Shown here one piece after another: positions 27,830 to 40,679 of a stretch of DNA of 64,000 nucleotides (positions are counted from its first letter, which is position 1; each line of letters starts with the position of its first letter). Under the pieces are notes generated by a model. It did not search any database. It was not told the DNA's origin and saw nothing but the letters and a program-made list of their open reading frames with translations. Position numbers and translations under genes: made by a program. Origin of the DNA: Octopus vulgaris (Eukaryota); the NCBI GenBank assembly GCA_951406725.2, contig OX597819.1:39928001-39992000 (forward strand). Reading direction: 5' to 3'.

Positions 27830-29012
27830 TTTCATTTTCAAAACTTAATAGAATCTACAGACATTATTTTATTGTTTTGTCAATGTCTGTTCTCAAATTG
27901 ACGTCTGTTCTTGTATATGCACTGCTAACAACGCGAAGCAATGGAATCGCAAACATCACGAAAGAATTTGCTTGGTATTTGTGTGTATTCTCGTTCAATG
28001 GCTGCCCTCAAATCAGCGATTGTTGCAGGTTTCAAGGCGTACACTTTGCCTTTTAGGTATCCCCATAAAAAAACAGTTTAGTGGTGTGAGAGGAAGTGAA
28101 CGTGGAGGGTATTCAACGAAACCCCATCGTTTACTCCACCTGTTTGACAAGGTCTCATCAATGAAGGATCAAATATAACGATGGTAGTGTGGGGGTGCCC
28201 CATCTTACTGAAAATAAAACTCATCTTCAAAGTCTTCTCTAATGCTTGGCATGACAGACTGTTGCAGCAAGTTCAAATAAGTGGGACCAGTTACAGTAGC
28301 ATCAAAAAAGAATGGTACAATTAATCCTCTTGATGATAAGCCACACCACACTCTAACTCCTGGTAACTTAATATGGTGTTCCACCATAACATGCGGATTC
28401 CCCGGTCCCCAGCAGGTGCAATTGTGGTAGTTAATTGAACCATTTAATTTGAATGTAGCCTCATCACTCCACACAATCTTTACTGGAAAGTGTGCATCTT
28501 CTATACTTCGTGCCAAGTACCACTCGCAGTACTGCACTCTTCGGTCTGGATCATCATCATTAATGACATTGATTAATCTTGGGACATAACTTTTCCTTTG
28601 ACAACGCTTGGAAAGACGATTTTGAAATACCTACCTCATGACTCACTTGTCGCACAGATTTTCGTGGACTTTGGCGATACGTTTCCAGCACTCCTTGCTT
28701 TGTGAGAGCTGTTGATGTCCATGGTCTTTTGGAACGCTTCTCGTGGACATTTTGAACAGTTCCATTGGCTTCAAACTTATCTCTAATTCAAGTGATGGGA
28801 ATTCGCGTTGGTGGAGCTGTATGAAACTCGGTCCTAAACTGTCTTTGCACCTCAGCTGCGTTTTCACACTTCCAGAAGCATTTTAGAATGAATTTCCTTT
28901 GTTCAAAGCTTAGTTTGATTGCCATCATTAATTCCAATGGGTTTCATCTGGAAAAAAAAGTCAGTTGAATTATCAGCTGTTAAAGTCTGTATATATTTTT
29001 TGGGATACCCTA
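27830..29012 (-). mobile_element. Tc1/mariner (DD37D-like) transposon pseudogene
   Basis: [35 protein letters not shown]; 5' TIR reads TAGGGTATCCCAAAAAATATATAC on the minus strand. Confidence 0.85.
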
Positions 29013-29406
29013 TATATATATATACGTATTTTCGTATTCTTATTCGTGTTATCATTATTATTTTTACGTATTTTTGTATTCTTATCCGTTCCCGTCCTTG
29101 TTTTGTATACATTCGAGGGTTTCTTTCAAGGAATCTAAGGCGCTTGGCTTAGATTTTCCTTGGGGCTGGCCAGGTCGGAGCAATCTCAAAATTAATCAGC
29201 CGAAATTGCGAAGATGATCCGGTTTTTGACTGAAGATCGAAGGCTTCGAATGTCCCGTCCGTTTTTTTGTATCGTCTTCTAAATGTTTTGCGTTCTTGTC
29301 CCAGTTTGTGTTTTTTTACATTTATCCTATATATATATATATATATATACAGAAAGAGAGAGATTTCTTGCATATTTGTCTGGGATTGGTCAAATTGATG
29401 TAGATA

Positions 29407-29447
29407 CCTCTGATAGAACCCAATATGATCCGAAAATCGATTAAGAT
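29407..29447 (+). ncRNA. decayed hammerhead-like motif
   Basis: CUGAUAGA...GAAA-AUCGAU-UA with palindromic stem III AAUCGAUU; core has an extra base and stem II is weak. Confidence 0.3.
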
Positions 29448-29519
29448 TGTTCATTTTTCTCAATGTACTAAGGAACAGATTAATTAGCCCTGTTTATATA
29501 GCCATGTACTATATAGGTT

Positions 29520-29578
<59 letters not shown>

Positions 29579-30104
29579 TGTATGTATGTATGTATGTATG
29601 TATGTATAATGATAGAGTAGTGCAATCTGGAAGATTTTGACTGTGTACAGTTAGTAGACATCGGTTATGTAGACGGCTTGTATAGATGACCTAAAGCAGA
29701 TGATAATCAATACCGTATTGAGTGAGATTACTGCCACTATAAAACTCAAGGTCGTTAGGCTGAAGAAAAGCTAAGGTTTATGTATATGATGTATATGCGA
29801 TACACCTTTGAGTTACGAAAAACTTGTACAGATTTGGTTGAAAATATATGTAATTCAGATTTACCTTTCTAATTGTTATTCTTAAACTACCTTCTAAATA
29901 AAATAAAAAAGCTAATATAGCATCTACATAATTGCGTATGTCTGTGTGTGGTTGTGTGTGTGCGTGTTTGCTTCCACTGGCAAAAAGTATTGTCGCCAAA
30001 ACAGGTGGGATGTCCAGTCAGCCGTACCAAATTGCCAGCGTCCGACAAACTCTCCCAGTCGTCTCATTCCGTATAATGCATATACGGCGGGCTGCCTTGC
30101 AGCT

Positions 30105-30228
30105 TGTGTCAACCAAATTTACTCACAGGTCTTCATTCGACTCGAGCCTCCGCTAGGAGGTACCATGAAGTGGGACTGAACCTAAATCTACGTAATTGGG
30201 AAGCTAAGCTCTTAGCCACACAGCCATG
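30105..30228 (-). mobile_element. family B SINE, degenerate 5' part
   Basis: GTGGGACTGAACC...CCACACAGCCATG is the reverse complement of the family B head. Confidence 0.55.
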
Positions 30229-30638
30229 TTTAAAGCAACACAGAAACGTTGTTAACAATGAATTAGTTGAAAAGATTGACCGAAACTAGTTTTAGTAGGA
30301 GAAAATTGCTGGTTTTCTACTAGTGTGGTGTTACAGTGACTACTTCTTTACAACCCAGTGATAAAGTGAACTTTTTTACGGCGTAGAAGTTGTTCGCTAG
30401 TTTTGAGGTTTATACGCCTCATTTTGTGATATATATGTTTGCATGTGTTCTCATATGTGTGTGTGCACACATGCGCATGTTGTGTCTATGCGTGTATATG
30501 CATGTATGTGGGTGTATATATGACTAATATCACAACACAACACGAATAAAATTTTCATATACGGAAGTGTATGTATATGGATTTCAATGTTATTGTGCAA
30601 TGCAGCTGAAGAGATTATAGCCCCAAGTACTCGGTCTG

Positions 30639-30673
<35 letters not shown>

Positions 30674-30964
30674 TACATGTGTGTGTGTCTGTGTGTGCGT
30701 ATTTAGAGAGATATATAGACGGATAGATAGACAGATATATAGATCTAATTATATGAAAATAGGTAGATAGATAACGCACATATACATACATATACGTATA
30801 TATATGCATATATCTGTCTGTCTGTATGCATGTATGTATGTACATATATATATATATGTGTGCATATATATGTATGTACATATATGTGTGTCTATGTGTG
30901 TGTATTTAATGTATGAATGTATATATACATGTCCACACTCAATTAAATCGAATGTGTGTGTGTG

Positions 30965-31014
<50 letters not shown>

Positions 31015-31017
<3 letters not shown>

Positions 31018-32592
31018 TTGCGGCCAAAATGTTCAGAACGGCATTGTTTTCGTCAGAAAAGTAGGTATAAGATATTAATTTTTATTGTCTGAGATTTTGG
31101 TGTAATTTGAGAGAATAATACAAAAGTTATGGATGATTTAGTGATTTACTGCAAAACCCATGCCGGCCAAAATGATCAGAACGGTTGAAAAAAATAACAA
31201 AATATTCAAAAATGACAGAGAATACTGGAATTATTTGATATTTAGTGTGAAGCCCTTTAGCTTCAATCACACTTTGACATCTTCGACTGCATGAGGAAAT
31301 TAAATTTTCAATTTCTTGCTTGGTGATCTTATTCCATTCTTCCCGAAGGGCATTCCATAATTACTCGGTTGTTTTAGGATTTCTGGCTTTCGAACATTCT
31401 CCTAGAATATTCCACACAGTTTCAATAGGATTGAGATCTGGGCTTTGAGCAAGCCAATCCATAACAATAACCCTTTTCAGCCTTGAGGAAGTTCATGACC
31501 ACCTTAGCCTTGTGACATGGGACATTGTCCTGCATGAATATGGGTGGTCGCTTGGTTGAATTTCTCAGCACAGGCAAGACATGATCTTTTACAAATTGTT
31601 TATAAACTCCTGCATTTACCTTTCCATGTAATCGCACCAAAGGGCCCACACCATCTCCAGATATCACCCCCCAAACCATGATACTTCCTCCACCGAATTT
31701 AACACTAGTCTTAAGGCATTTAGGCGACAATTTTTCACCTACTTTTCGACGAACGTACCTTTTCTCATCTGAGCCAAATAATATAAACTTAGATTCATCA
31801 CGGAAATGCACCGTTTGCCATTTTTCTTGAGACCACAACACATGTTCGGTTGCAAAGGTAAGACAACACTTTTTATTCTTAGAGCTGATCAGTGGCTTCA
31901 CTGCAGGTGCTCTTGCTTGTAGATCATGTTCAACTAAACGACGAGACAGAGTTTTTCGAGATAAAGTTTTCTTCAATACAATGCTCATTTCCCGAGAAAC
32001 AGCAACAGCAGTTTTAAATCTGTCCTTTTTAACCAACTTTACCATAGCACGATCTTCTCTCTTGGTCGTTTTTCTTGGCTTACCTGTATACTTTCTTGCT
32101 TCACACGAACCACAATCATCGTAGACCTTAAGAATACCGTGAACAACACTTTTTCACTTGTTAACAATCTTTGCAATAGACCCAATACTTAAATTATCCT
32201 TCTTTCGAAGCTTAATAATCTGCTGACGAATTGGTAACGGAGTAAGTGGCATTATATTAACAAAGTACACTGCAGATATTCTTACTAATGTTTAGTAAAC
32301 GAACCGTCAGGTAAACAAATTCAAAACATTAGAGTTCACCGGTTAAATATACTAAAACACGGAGTAAAAGCAACCGTTCTGATCATTTTGGCCGCCATGG
32401 GTTTTGCAGTAAATCACTAAATCATCCATAACTTTTGTATTATCCTCTCAAATTACACCAAAATCTCAGACAATAACAATTAATGTCGTATTTATTGTCT
32501 GTGAAAATTATAGAAGCTAAAACAACTTCGATAAAAACTTATACCTACTTTTCTGACAAAAACAATGCCGTTCTGAACATTTTGGCCGCAAC

Positions 32593-32594
<2 letters not shown>
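31015..32594 (-). mobile_element. full-length Tc1 (DD34E) transposon with IR/DR TIRs
   Basis: TIRs CAGTTGCGGCCAAAATGTTCAGAACGG (31015-31187 and 32370-32594), each with an inner direct repeat; inserted in (TA)n. Confidence 0.93.
31235..32252 (-). pseudogene. Tc1 transposase, nearly intact
   Basis: MPLTPLPIRQQIIKL..GKPRKTT..FRDESKF..KFGGGSIMVWG..FMQDNVPCH..SPDLNPIE..HTKY; stop near 32155 and frameshift near 31475. Confidence 0.88.
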
Positions 32595-32595
<1 letters not shown>

Positions 32596-32640
<45 letters not shown>

Positions 32641-32641
32641 A

Positions 32642-32735
<94 letters not shown>

Positions 32736-33112
32736 GGAGTGTATGTGTGTGTATGCGTGTGTGTGCATGTGTGTGTATATGAGAAAGAATGAGAAGAATG
32801 AGAAAGAATAATATGAAAGACGAAACGCAATTAAAGAGTGGAGCTAGCAATGAAAATTACTGACAAGGGAAGTGAGAGAGATAGGGGGAGAGTGGGAGAG
32901 AGTGTGTGTGTGTGTGTGCGTGAGTGAGTGACACAGAGACAGACAAGATCAGAGAGACAGGGTGTAAGGGTGAGAGAGAGGGAAAGGAGGAGAGAAAAGA
33001 GAGGGGGATAGGGAAGAGAGGGGAGAGAGACAGACATTGTTACCAACGGAGCAAAAAGAAAAGACGAGGCAGACGATAAAACTGAAAGAAAGAAAGGAAG
33101 AAGGAAAGAAAC

Positions 33113-33211
<99 letters not shown>

Positions 33212-33240
33212 GAAAGAAAGAAAGAAAGAAAGAAAGAAAA
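32596..33240. repeat. (TA)n, (GATA)n, GA-rich and (GAAA)n microsatellites
   Basis: Direct. Confidence 0.9.
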
Positions 33241-33499
33241 AATAAACTCATTGCTTTTGAAATGTAGATAGATCTACTGATCAAACGACAAACTATATCA
33301 GGTAACCAATTGTAAAAAGCAGACATCATGCAACCAACAAGAAAACAATATTAATTTTCTTGTCTCTTACTGACATTTTTATGATATGTTTGTTACATTT
33401 ATAAGCTGAGCTTGCTTTTGTTAACTTTGGTTGTTTTTTGTTATACATTTAACAAATTTCAGGCCTTGTACTTTTATTAGAAAGTATTATTATTATTAC

Positions 33500-33535
<36 letters not shown>

Positions 33536-33544
33536 TGAAAAAAA

Positions 33545-33746
33545 TGACTGAATCGTTAGCACGCTGGACGAAGTACTTAGCGGTATTTCGTCTGCTTCTA
33601 CGTTCTGAGTTCAAATTCCTCCGAGGTCGATTTTGCCTTTCATCTTTTCGGGGTCGATTAAGTAAGTATCAGTTATGCCCTGGGATCGATGTAATCGACT
33701 TAACCCCTTCCCCAAAATTTGAGGCCTTGTGCTCCCAGTAGAAAGG

Positions 33747-33799
<53 letters not shown>

Positions 33800-34627
33800 G
33801 ATGATGATGATGATGATGTAAAGCAGCTAGCTGGCAGAAACGCCTGCACGCCGGGCGAAATGTTTGGCAGTATTTCGTCTGCCGCTACGTTCTGAGTTCA
33901 AATTCCGCCGTGGTCGACTTCGCCTTTCATCCTTTCGGGGTCGATTAAATAAGTACAAGTTACGCACTGGGGTCGATATAATCAGCTTAATCCGTTTATC
34001 TCTACTTGTTTGTCTCCTCTGTGTGTAGCCTCTTGTGGGCAGTAAAGGAATAGGTATTTTGCCTGCCGCTACGTTCTATGTTCAAATTCCGCCGAGGTCA
34101 ACTTTGCCTTTCATCCTTTCGGGGTCGATTAAATAAGTACCAGTTACGCACTGGGATCGATATAATCGACTTAATCCGATTGTTTCTCTTTGTTTGTCCT
34201 CTCTGTGCTTAGCCCCTTGTGGGTAGTAAAGAAATAGGTATTTCGACTGTTACTACGTTCTGAGTTCAAATTCCGCCGAGGTCGACTTTACTTTTCATCC
34301 TTTCAGGGCCGATAAATTAAGTACGAGTTAGCACTGGGGTCAAATCAGTCGACTAGTCCGCTCTCCTCCAAATTTCAGGTTCTATGCTTTCAGTAGAAAG
34401 GATTATTATTATGTATGGCGGCAATCTGGCAGAATTGTTAGCATGTCAGGCAATATGCTTAGCAGTATTTCGCCCGTCGTTACGTCCTGAGCTCAAATTC
34501 CGCCGAAGTCGACTTTGCCTTTCATCCTTTCGGGGTCGATAAATTAAGTACCTGTTAAACACTGGGGTCAATGAAATCGACTAGTCTCCTACCCGCAAAT
34601 TTCAGGCCTTGTGCCTATAGTAGAAAG
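33545..34627 (+). mobile_element. cluster/tandem array of family C SINEs in (TTA)n
   Basis: Copies at 33545-33748, 33821-34405 (184 bp units starting 33869, 34053, 34237) and 34417-34627. Confidence 0.85.
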
Positions 34628-34879
34628 TATTACTATTATCACTGTTGCCGGCATACTGTAAAGTCACAGAAACTTTGTGCTCCGTAAGTTGAAAAAGTGT
34701 TTGTAAACTTTTCGGCCTTCTAAGAGCCCGTATTTTCATGATTATTGTTACCATTGCATTTCTGAGATTGTGTGGACTGCGTAGAGAGTATTTTTGTGTA
34801 GAAAAATCCCCTGTTTTGCAGGGGGTACGCATCAATAGTTTTTGAATTTGAACTACTTTCGGCAAAAGCAAATATTTTT

Positions 34880-35865
34880 CAATTTTCTTTAATTATTCAA
34901 AAATGATTAATAAAGAAGTCATGATATGTTCGACAAAGGAAGGCGCTCCTTGTCAGAAAAATTGAGAACGGGGTAAAAAGTGAGAATAAGAATAGCAAAT
35001 GGCTTGAGCTCAATGACGTCACCGAGGCGAATAATGTTTCGTTTGTAAGCAACCTCAAAACTTTCGGTAACAACATCAACAGCAACAACGACAATAACAA
35101 CAGCAACAAAAATACGAAAGAAATGAAGCTTAAAAATGCAAATATCGCCTCCGCTTCTTTTGCATTTGCGGCGGGAAATATGGAAAGTTTCCACATAGAT
35201 GAAGAATTAAAATTGGTAAGAAAAAATTGTAAAAAGAGATGAGAGAAGGATGGCTCTAAACTCACCATCCGACGTGATAGAAAATATCGCAAGATGCATG
35301 GTAACATATCGTTGCATCGCAGTCAAGTCTCGGCGGGTAGAAAATGCTCCTGAGAGCGAAATACAAAAATGCCTTGGCGCGTGTGGGAACAAAAGACCCA
35401 CATCACCCGAAGAAAGAAGTTTGGAACTATTGAGGAACGGAAGAAGAAACTAGATATAATTCCGCGACCACTTTGAGGAATGACAACTTTTTCTTAATCC
35501 CCAGCTATCGCGGCCAATGCCTTGCCAAGATTAGGGTGCTGAATTTGCCGCCAGAAATATCCATTACCTGGTTAGTGGTGGCCGTCTTGGCAGGTTTAGT
35601 AGAAGACGAAGTCAAAATATTGGAGGTCAAGAAACTACCTAAACAAAACTGGTTAGGTATAGGTATGGATCTGAACTTGCAATGTAAGCAGGACCGTACT
35701 CACCTGTCAGTGTTCGTGGAGGGTAGAAAGCCAAGATGTCTCATATGCGGATCTGTATCTCACTTAAAGGCTTTCTGCTCTGAAACAAGAAAAAATAAAG
35801 TCCCACTGCTGCCAACATTACAAACACCACAAGCACAAAATCATAAACAAATGCTCAAGACTCCC
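34880..35865 (+). pseudogene. L1/Tx1-like LINE ORF1 remnant
   Basis: KIRVLNLPPEI and zinc knuckle VEGRKPRCLICGSVSHLKAFC (CX2CX4HX4C). Confidence 0.65.
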
Positions 35866-36045
35866 ACAAAAAAAAAACAAAAGGCGAAGACAGGTGGTGT
35901 AGACAACAAACAGATGTATTAGTATCACGCTCGGGAAGTGAAAAAGTCTTTAACGTTTCGAGCCTACGCTCTTCCACAGAATGGAACACGGAAAGAAACA
36001 AGGTGAGAAAATAAAGAATGTGTAATGGCTAGCGATCTATTATGG
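35865..36045 (-). mobile_element. HH-B element with variant hammerhead (35948-35983)
   Basis: Minus strand reads CUGUGGA-A-GAGC(GUAG)GCUC-GAAA-CG-UU-AAAG. Confidence 0.62.
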
Positions 36046-36124
<79 letters not shown>

Positions 36125-36306
36125 CAGATTCCGTAAGTTCGTCTACGGGTAACATTTTTGAATATGTATATAAAAGCTCCTATTACATTATGCCGGCTAC
36201 AGTCTAATGATACCAGCTGGCAATAGCAGTTTTTCTTCTTTTTTTTTTGTGCGGTGGGGTTGTAACGAGCTGTGCCGATATAATGTAGGATAAATATAGT
36301 AATAAT

Positions 36307-36793
36307 GACCTCGGTGGAATTTGAACTCAGAACGTAGCGACGGGCGAAATACCGCTAAGCATTTCGTCCAGCGCGCAAACGATTCTGCCAGTTCGCCACC
36401 TTAATAATAATAATGATTTCAAAATTTTCCACAAGGGCAGCAATTTTGGAAGAGGAGATGAGTCGATTACGTCGACCCCAGTGTTTATCGACCCCTAAAG
36501 GATGAAAGGTAAAGTCGACCTCGGCGGAATTTGAACTCAGACGTAGCGACTGGTGAAATACCTATTTCTTTACTATCCACAAGGGGCTAAACACAGAGGG
36601 GACAAACAAGGACAGACAAACGGATTAAGTCGATTACATCGACCCCAATGCGTAATTGGTACTTAATTTATCGACCCCGAAAGGATGAAAGGCAAAGTCG
36701 ACCTCGGTGGAATTTGAACTCAGAACGTAACGGCAGACGAAATACGGCTACGCATTTCGCCCGGCGTGCTAACGTTTCTGCCAGCTCGCCGCC
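36307..36793 (-). mobile_element. family C SINE cluster (dimer plus fragment)
   Basis: Reverse-complement copies at 36307-36400 and 36420-36793; internal junction at 36562/36563. Confidence 0.85.
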
Positions 36794-36952
36794 TTTATTA
36801 TTATTATACCGTTCTCACTACTGCAGCAGCTTAGGTGATTATATATGCCCACATTGTTATTCAAAGCACTGGCCAGCAAAACCACTTTCCTTCTGTTTTT
36901 CCAGGATTGACATAAAAGAAATTACTCTGTAGTTTTGAAGTTCTTAATGTAG

Positions 36953-37155
36953 ACGCAGGATTGGCTGTGTGGTAAGTAGCTTGCTTTTGATCCACAAGGT
37001 TCCGGGTTAAGCCCCACCGCGTGGCACCTTGAGCAAGTGTCTTCTACTATAACCTCGGGCCGACCAAAGCCTTGTGAGTGGATTTGGTAGACGGAAACTG
37101 AAAGAAGCCCGTCGTATATATGTGTATGTGTGTGTGTGTGTGTGTGTCTGTGTCT

Positions 37156-37218
<63 letters not shown>

Positions 37219-37420
37219 TGTGTCTGTGTTTGTCCCCCCAATATCGCTTGACATCGCTGGTGTGTTTACGTCCCCGTGACTTAGCGGTTCGGCAAAAGAG
37301 ACCGATAGAATAAGTACTAGGCTTACAACGAATAAGTCCTGGGGTCGATTTGCTCGACTAAAAGTTGTGCCCCAGCATGGCCACAGCCAAATGACTGAAA
37401 CAAGTAAAAGAGTGAAAGAG
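36953..37420 (+). mobile_element. family B SINE, full length with internal (TG)n
   Basis: Same head, core and tail as 2530 and 20729. Confidence 0.85.
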
Positions 37421-38015
37421 TATATTGGAATTACCAGCAATTTTTTTCAACACTATGTCGAATATTACGTATAGCATAATATGTTTTCCTGCTTTAAGTA
37501 ATTCGAAACTGATAGGATCAATGTCAAGAAGTTTACGGTTTTCATTATTTTTATTGCCTTTCCTATTTCTTATTTTTTTTTAATTTCTGCACAAGTAGCA
37601 TCCGGGTTTTTTTTTACGTGGCTTCCGGGTTGCTTGGGAATTTGCTAAACATGTTGTTCAAATGTATCTTTCTATTATTCAAGTATGTAAGTTGTGTATG
37701 TATTTATGTATGTATATTTTTACGCTTGTACGTATGCTGTTTTTTTCTTTGAGTTTTACTTAAGTTCTTTTTAAGAGAGTTCCAGCCGGTCGATAAGAAA
37801 ACGACGTTCTCGCTGTTTGTAAATGGGTGGCTGAGTAAGTACGCTGTCGATGCACACACACAAGTGGGTTCATCTATTCATCTAAAGAATTTCGGATGGG
37901 GAATCTTTTGAATGTCTTACAAATCTTCAAATATGCTGCTAATAGATTGGATATGGAGAATCCCCGTCTGTTTATTTTGTTCTTTCTTTTAAAAAAAAAA
38001 GCTAGTATTTTTAGG

Positions 38016-38273
38016 CGTAAAGTATACTAGCCATCTCAATATGGCTAACCACTAAGGGTAGGTGTTACTGTAGCTTTTAGCCCCAGGAGATCATCGTCTC
38101 CAGCTGGCTTTAGGCACACTTTCTGTGCCCTTATGGTATTTGCAAAGGGAGGTCTAAAGGGCACAGAAAGTGTGCCTAAAGCCAGCTGGAGACGATGATC
38201 TCCTGGGGCTAAAAGCTACAGTAACACCCACCCTTAGTGGTTAGCCATATTGAGATGACTAGTATACTTTACG
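38016..38273. repeat. near-perfect palindrome (117 bp arms, 24 nt loop)
   Basis: 38016-38132 versus 38157-38273, two mismatches seen; 13 bp direct repeat TAGTATTTTTAGG at 38003-38015 and 38317-38329. Confidence 0.9.
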
Positions 38274-38399
38274 TTGTCGAGCAGTTACTGTTTACATCTC
38301 GTTCAGAGATTTATTATAGTATTTTTAGGGTTTTGCGTAAATTTGTAGGTACAAATGATGTTAAGTACAAATGATGGTAAGTACAATTTATGGTTACAA

Positions 38400-38895
38400 G
38401 AACTCTGAATTCTGCATTAATCCACCATAAATGTTCTTTTTTCTGGACTGTTGATACATCCACATCTTCTGAGCAGCTGATCTCTACAGCAGAGCATGAC
38501 CTTTGTTCGTTGTCCCACAGAACAATATCAGGTCTGTTATGCTTGCACCGAATTGCTATTTTTATTGGAGTGTTCCACTAGCATTCTAAGTATGAATCCC
38601 TGCTGCTTCTGACATGACTTTGATGTACGCCAGGGCAATTCTTCCCACGGATAGCGCTGTAAATAGTCTTTGTAATTATATCATGATTCGGTGATAGGTA
38701 GTATCTCATGAATATTTTGGGGCAGCTGTTGATGATGTGGGTGATATCTCTCATACTAGTATAGCAGAGCAGGCATTTTCTATCACAACGTGGAGTTTTG
38801 GTGGTATCATTGTCACTCAAATTTATCAGTTATTTAGTAGCTAACTCTTGTTACTCAATAGCCAAGGCATATCCCTCAAGGCAGGATGTAATGTA
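38400..38895 (-). pseudogene. R4/Dong-like RLE LINE remnant (CCHC plus endonuclease region)
   Basis: DRKCLLC..DITHIINSCPK..NHDII; downstream PDIV-like codons. Confidence 0.7.
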
Positions 38896-38899
38896 CATT

Positions 38900-40678
38900 C
38901 CTTTTTTTCAGATTCTTCATTTGTAAAAGCTTTTATGTTGGTACTTCCTGTGTATCCTTTGTCTACTTGTTGCTATGCACAAGAAGTTGGTTAAACTTCA
39001 TTTGCATAATAACAGCTATGACCTAAAGTTCTTTTTTGCACATGTTCAGAATTATTCATGCCCTTGTTTTCACTTCCTGTAAATATACTAATCTTTATCC
39101 TATAGTTATTTCCAGAGGAGTATAAGCAGAGTATATATAGAGGAAAAATGTTCCGGTCATTTTCAGTTTCTGATCATCATGGCCAAGAAGAAGGAGCTCA
39201 GTGAGGACCTACGACAACGTTTTTGTGTGCCCACAGTGAAGGAAAAGGGTACAAGGTCATTTAAAAGTAGTATGATGTCCCTGTGGCAACCGTCCAGAGC
39301 ATAATCAACAAACACAAGAGGCTCAACACTGTTAAAAACGTCAGTGGGCGTGGCTGGAAGCATAAGGTGTCTCCCAAACTTGCCAGGAAAATCTGCCGAG
39401 AGGTCAACAACCCCCGGACCACAACCAAGGCCCTGATTGAAACGCTTGACCAGGTAGCGACGAAGGTTTCATGGTTCACTATTGAGCGTGTCTTGCACAG
39501 AGGAGGTCTACATGGACGTAGGCCTTAGAAGACGCCGCTGCTCAAGAAGAAACAGCTGGAGGCTCACCTGGCCTTTGCTAGAGGTCATCTGAAGCAAGAT
39601 CCCAGATTTTGGTCAACCATCCTGTGGTCTGATGAGACGAAGTTGGACGTGTTCACCATATGGATGGTGAATACGTCTGGAAGAAGAAAGGTGAAGTATA
39701 CAAGCCCAAGAACACTGAGCATACCGTCAAGCATGGTGGTGGAAACATAAGGCGGCGAGTTGGGTGAAGCGTTAGCGCGCCGGGCGAAATGAGTAGCCGT
39801 ATTTCGTCTGCCGTTATGTTCTGAGTTCAAATTCCACCGATGTCGACTTTGCCTTTCATCCTTTCGGGGTCGATAAACTAAGTACCAGTTACGCACTGGG
39901 GTCGATGTAATCGACTTAATCCCTTTGTCTGTCCTTGTTTGCCCCCTCTGTGTTTAGCACCTTTGTGGGTAGTAAAGAAATATATAATGCTATGGGGATG
40001 CTTCTCTTCAAGTGGCACAGGGAACCTTGTCAATGTGCAAGGGGTCATGAGAAAGGGGGACTACATCAGGATCCTTGATGAAAACGTGAAGGAATCCGCT
40101 GAGAAACTCCAATTAAATCACAACTGGAAGTACCAGCAGGACAATGATCCGAAACATACCACCAAGGTAGTGAAGAAATTGTTCAAGGACAATGATATCT
40201 ACGTCCTAGAATGGTTAAGTCAGAGTCCTGACCTGAATCCGATCGAGAACTTGTGGCGAGACTTGAAGAACAGAATGATGGTTAGGAAACCGACCAACCT
40301 GACCCAGCTCGAGGCTTTTGCCAAGGACGAGTGACCCAACATCCCACAGACGACATGCAGGAAGCTTGTGGACATGTACAAGAATCGTCTAGAAGCAGTC
40401 ATAAAAAAAAACAAAGGCTATTCTATTGACTATTACAGAAAGATATTGGACCCAGTAAACCTAGGGTATAAATAAATTTGAACACGGCATTTTTGAAAAT
40501 CCATGAATAAAAGACCCCTGATATGGAGACTTTCTTGAATTGTGTATTGTTGTTATTCTTTCATTTGTTGGTCACATATAACTCATAAACAAACTTAACA
40601 AAAAGCATTCATTTCAACACAAACATTTTTAAAAATCACAAAAATCAACATGGATACGAATAATTTTGAGGTTGACTA
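38900..40678 (+). mobile_element. Tc1 (Sleeping Beauty-like) transposon pseudogene, SINE-interrupted
   Basis: MAKKKELSEDLR at 39179; LWSDETK, TVKHGGGNIMLWGCF, QQDNDPKH, SPDLNPIENLW; 3' TIR GAATAATTTTGAGGTTGACTA-TA. Confidence 0.88.
39751..39981 (+). mobile_element. family C SINE inside the Tc1
   Basis: Splits the GGGNI|MLWG codons; short ATAA duplication. Confidence 0.85.
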
Positions 40679-40679
40679 T

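Noticed and set aside
29210-29260. CUGAAGA followed by a hairpin
   Set aside because: No GAAA or stem III in the correct position.
33545-34627. CRISPR-like regular repeats
   Set aside because: Units are whole SINE bodies without unique spacers, in a eukaryotic context with no cas genes.
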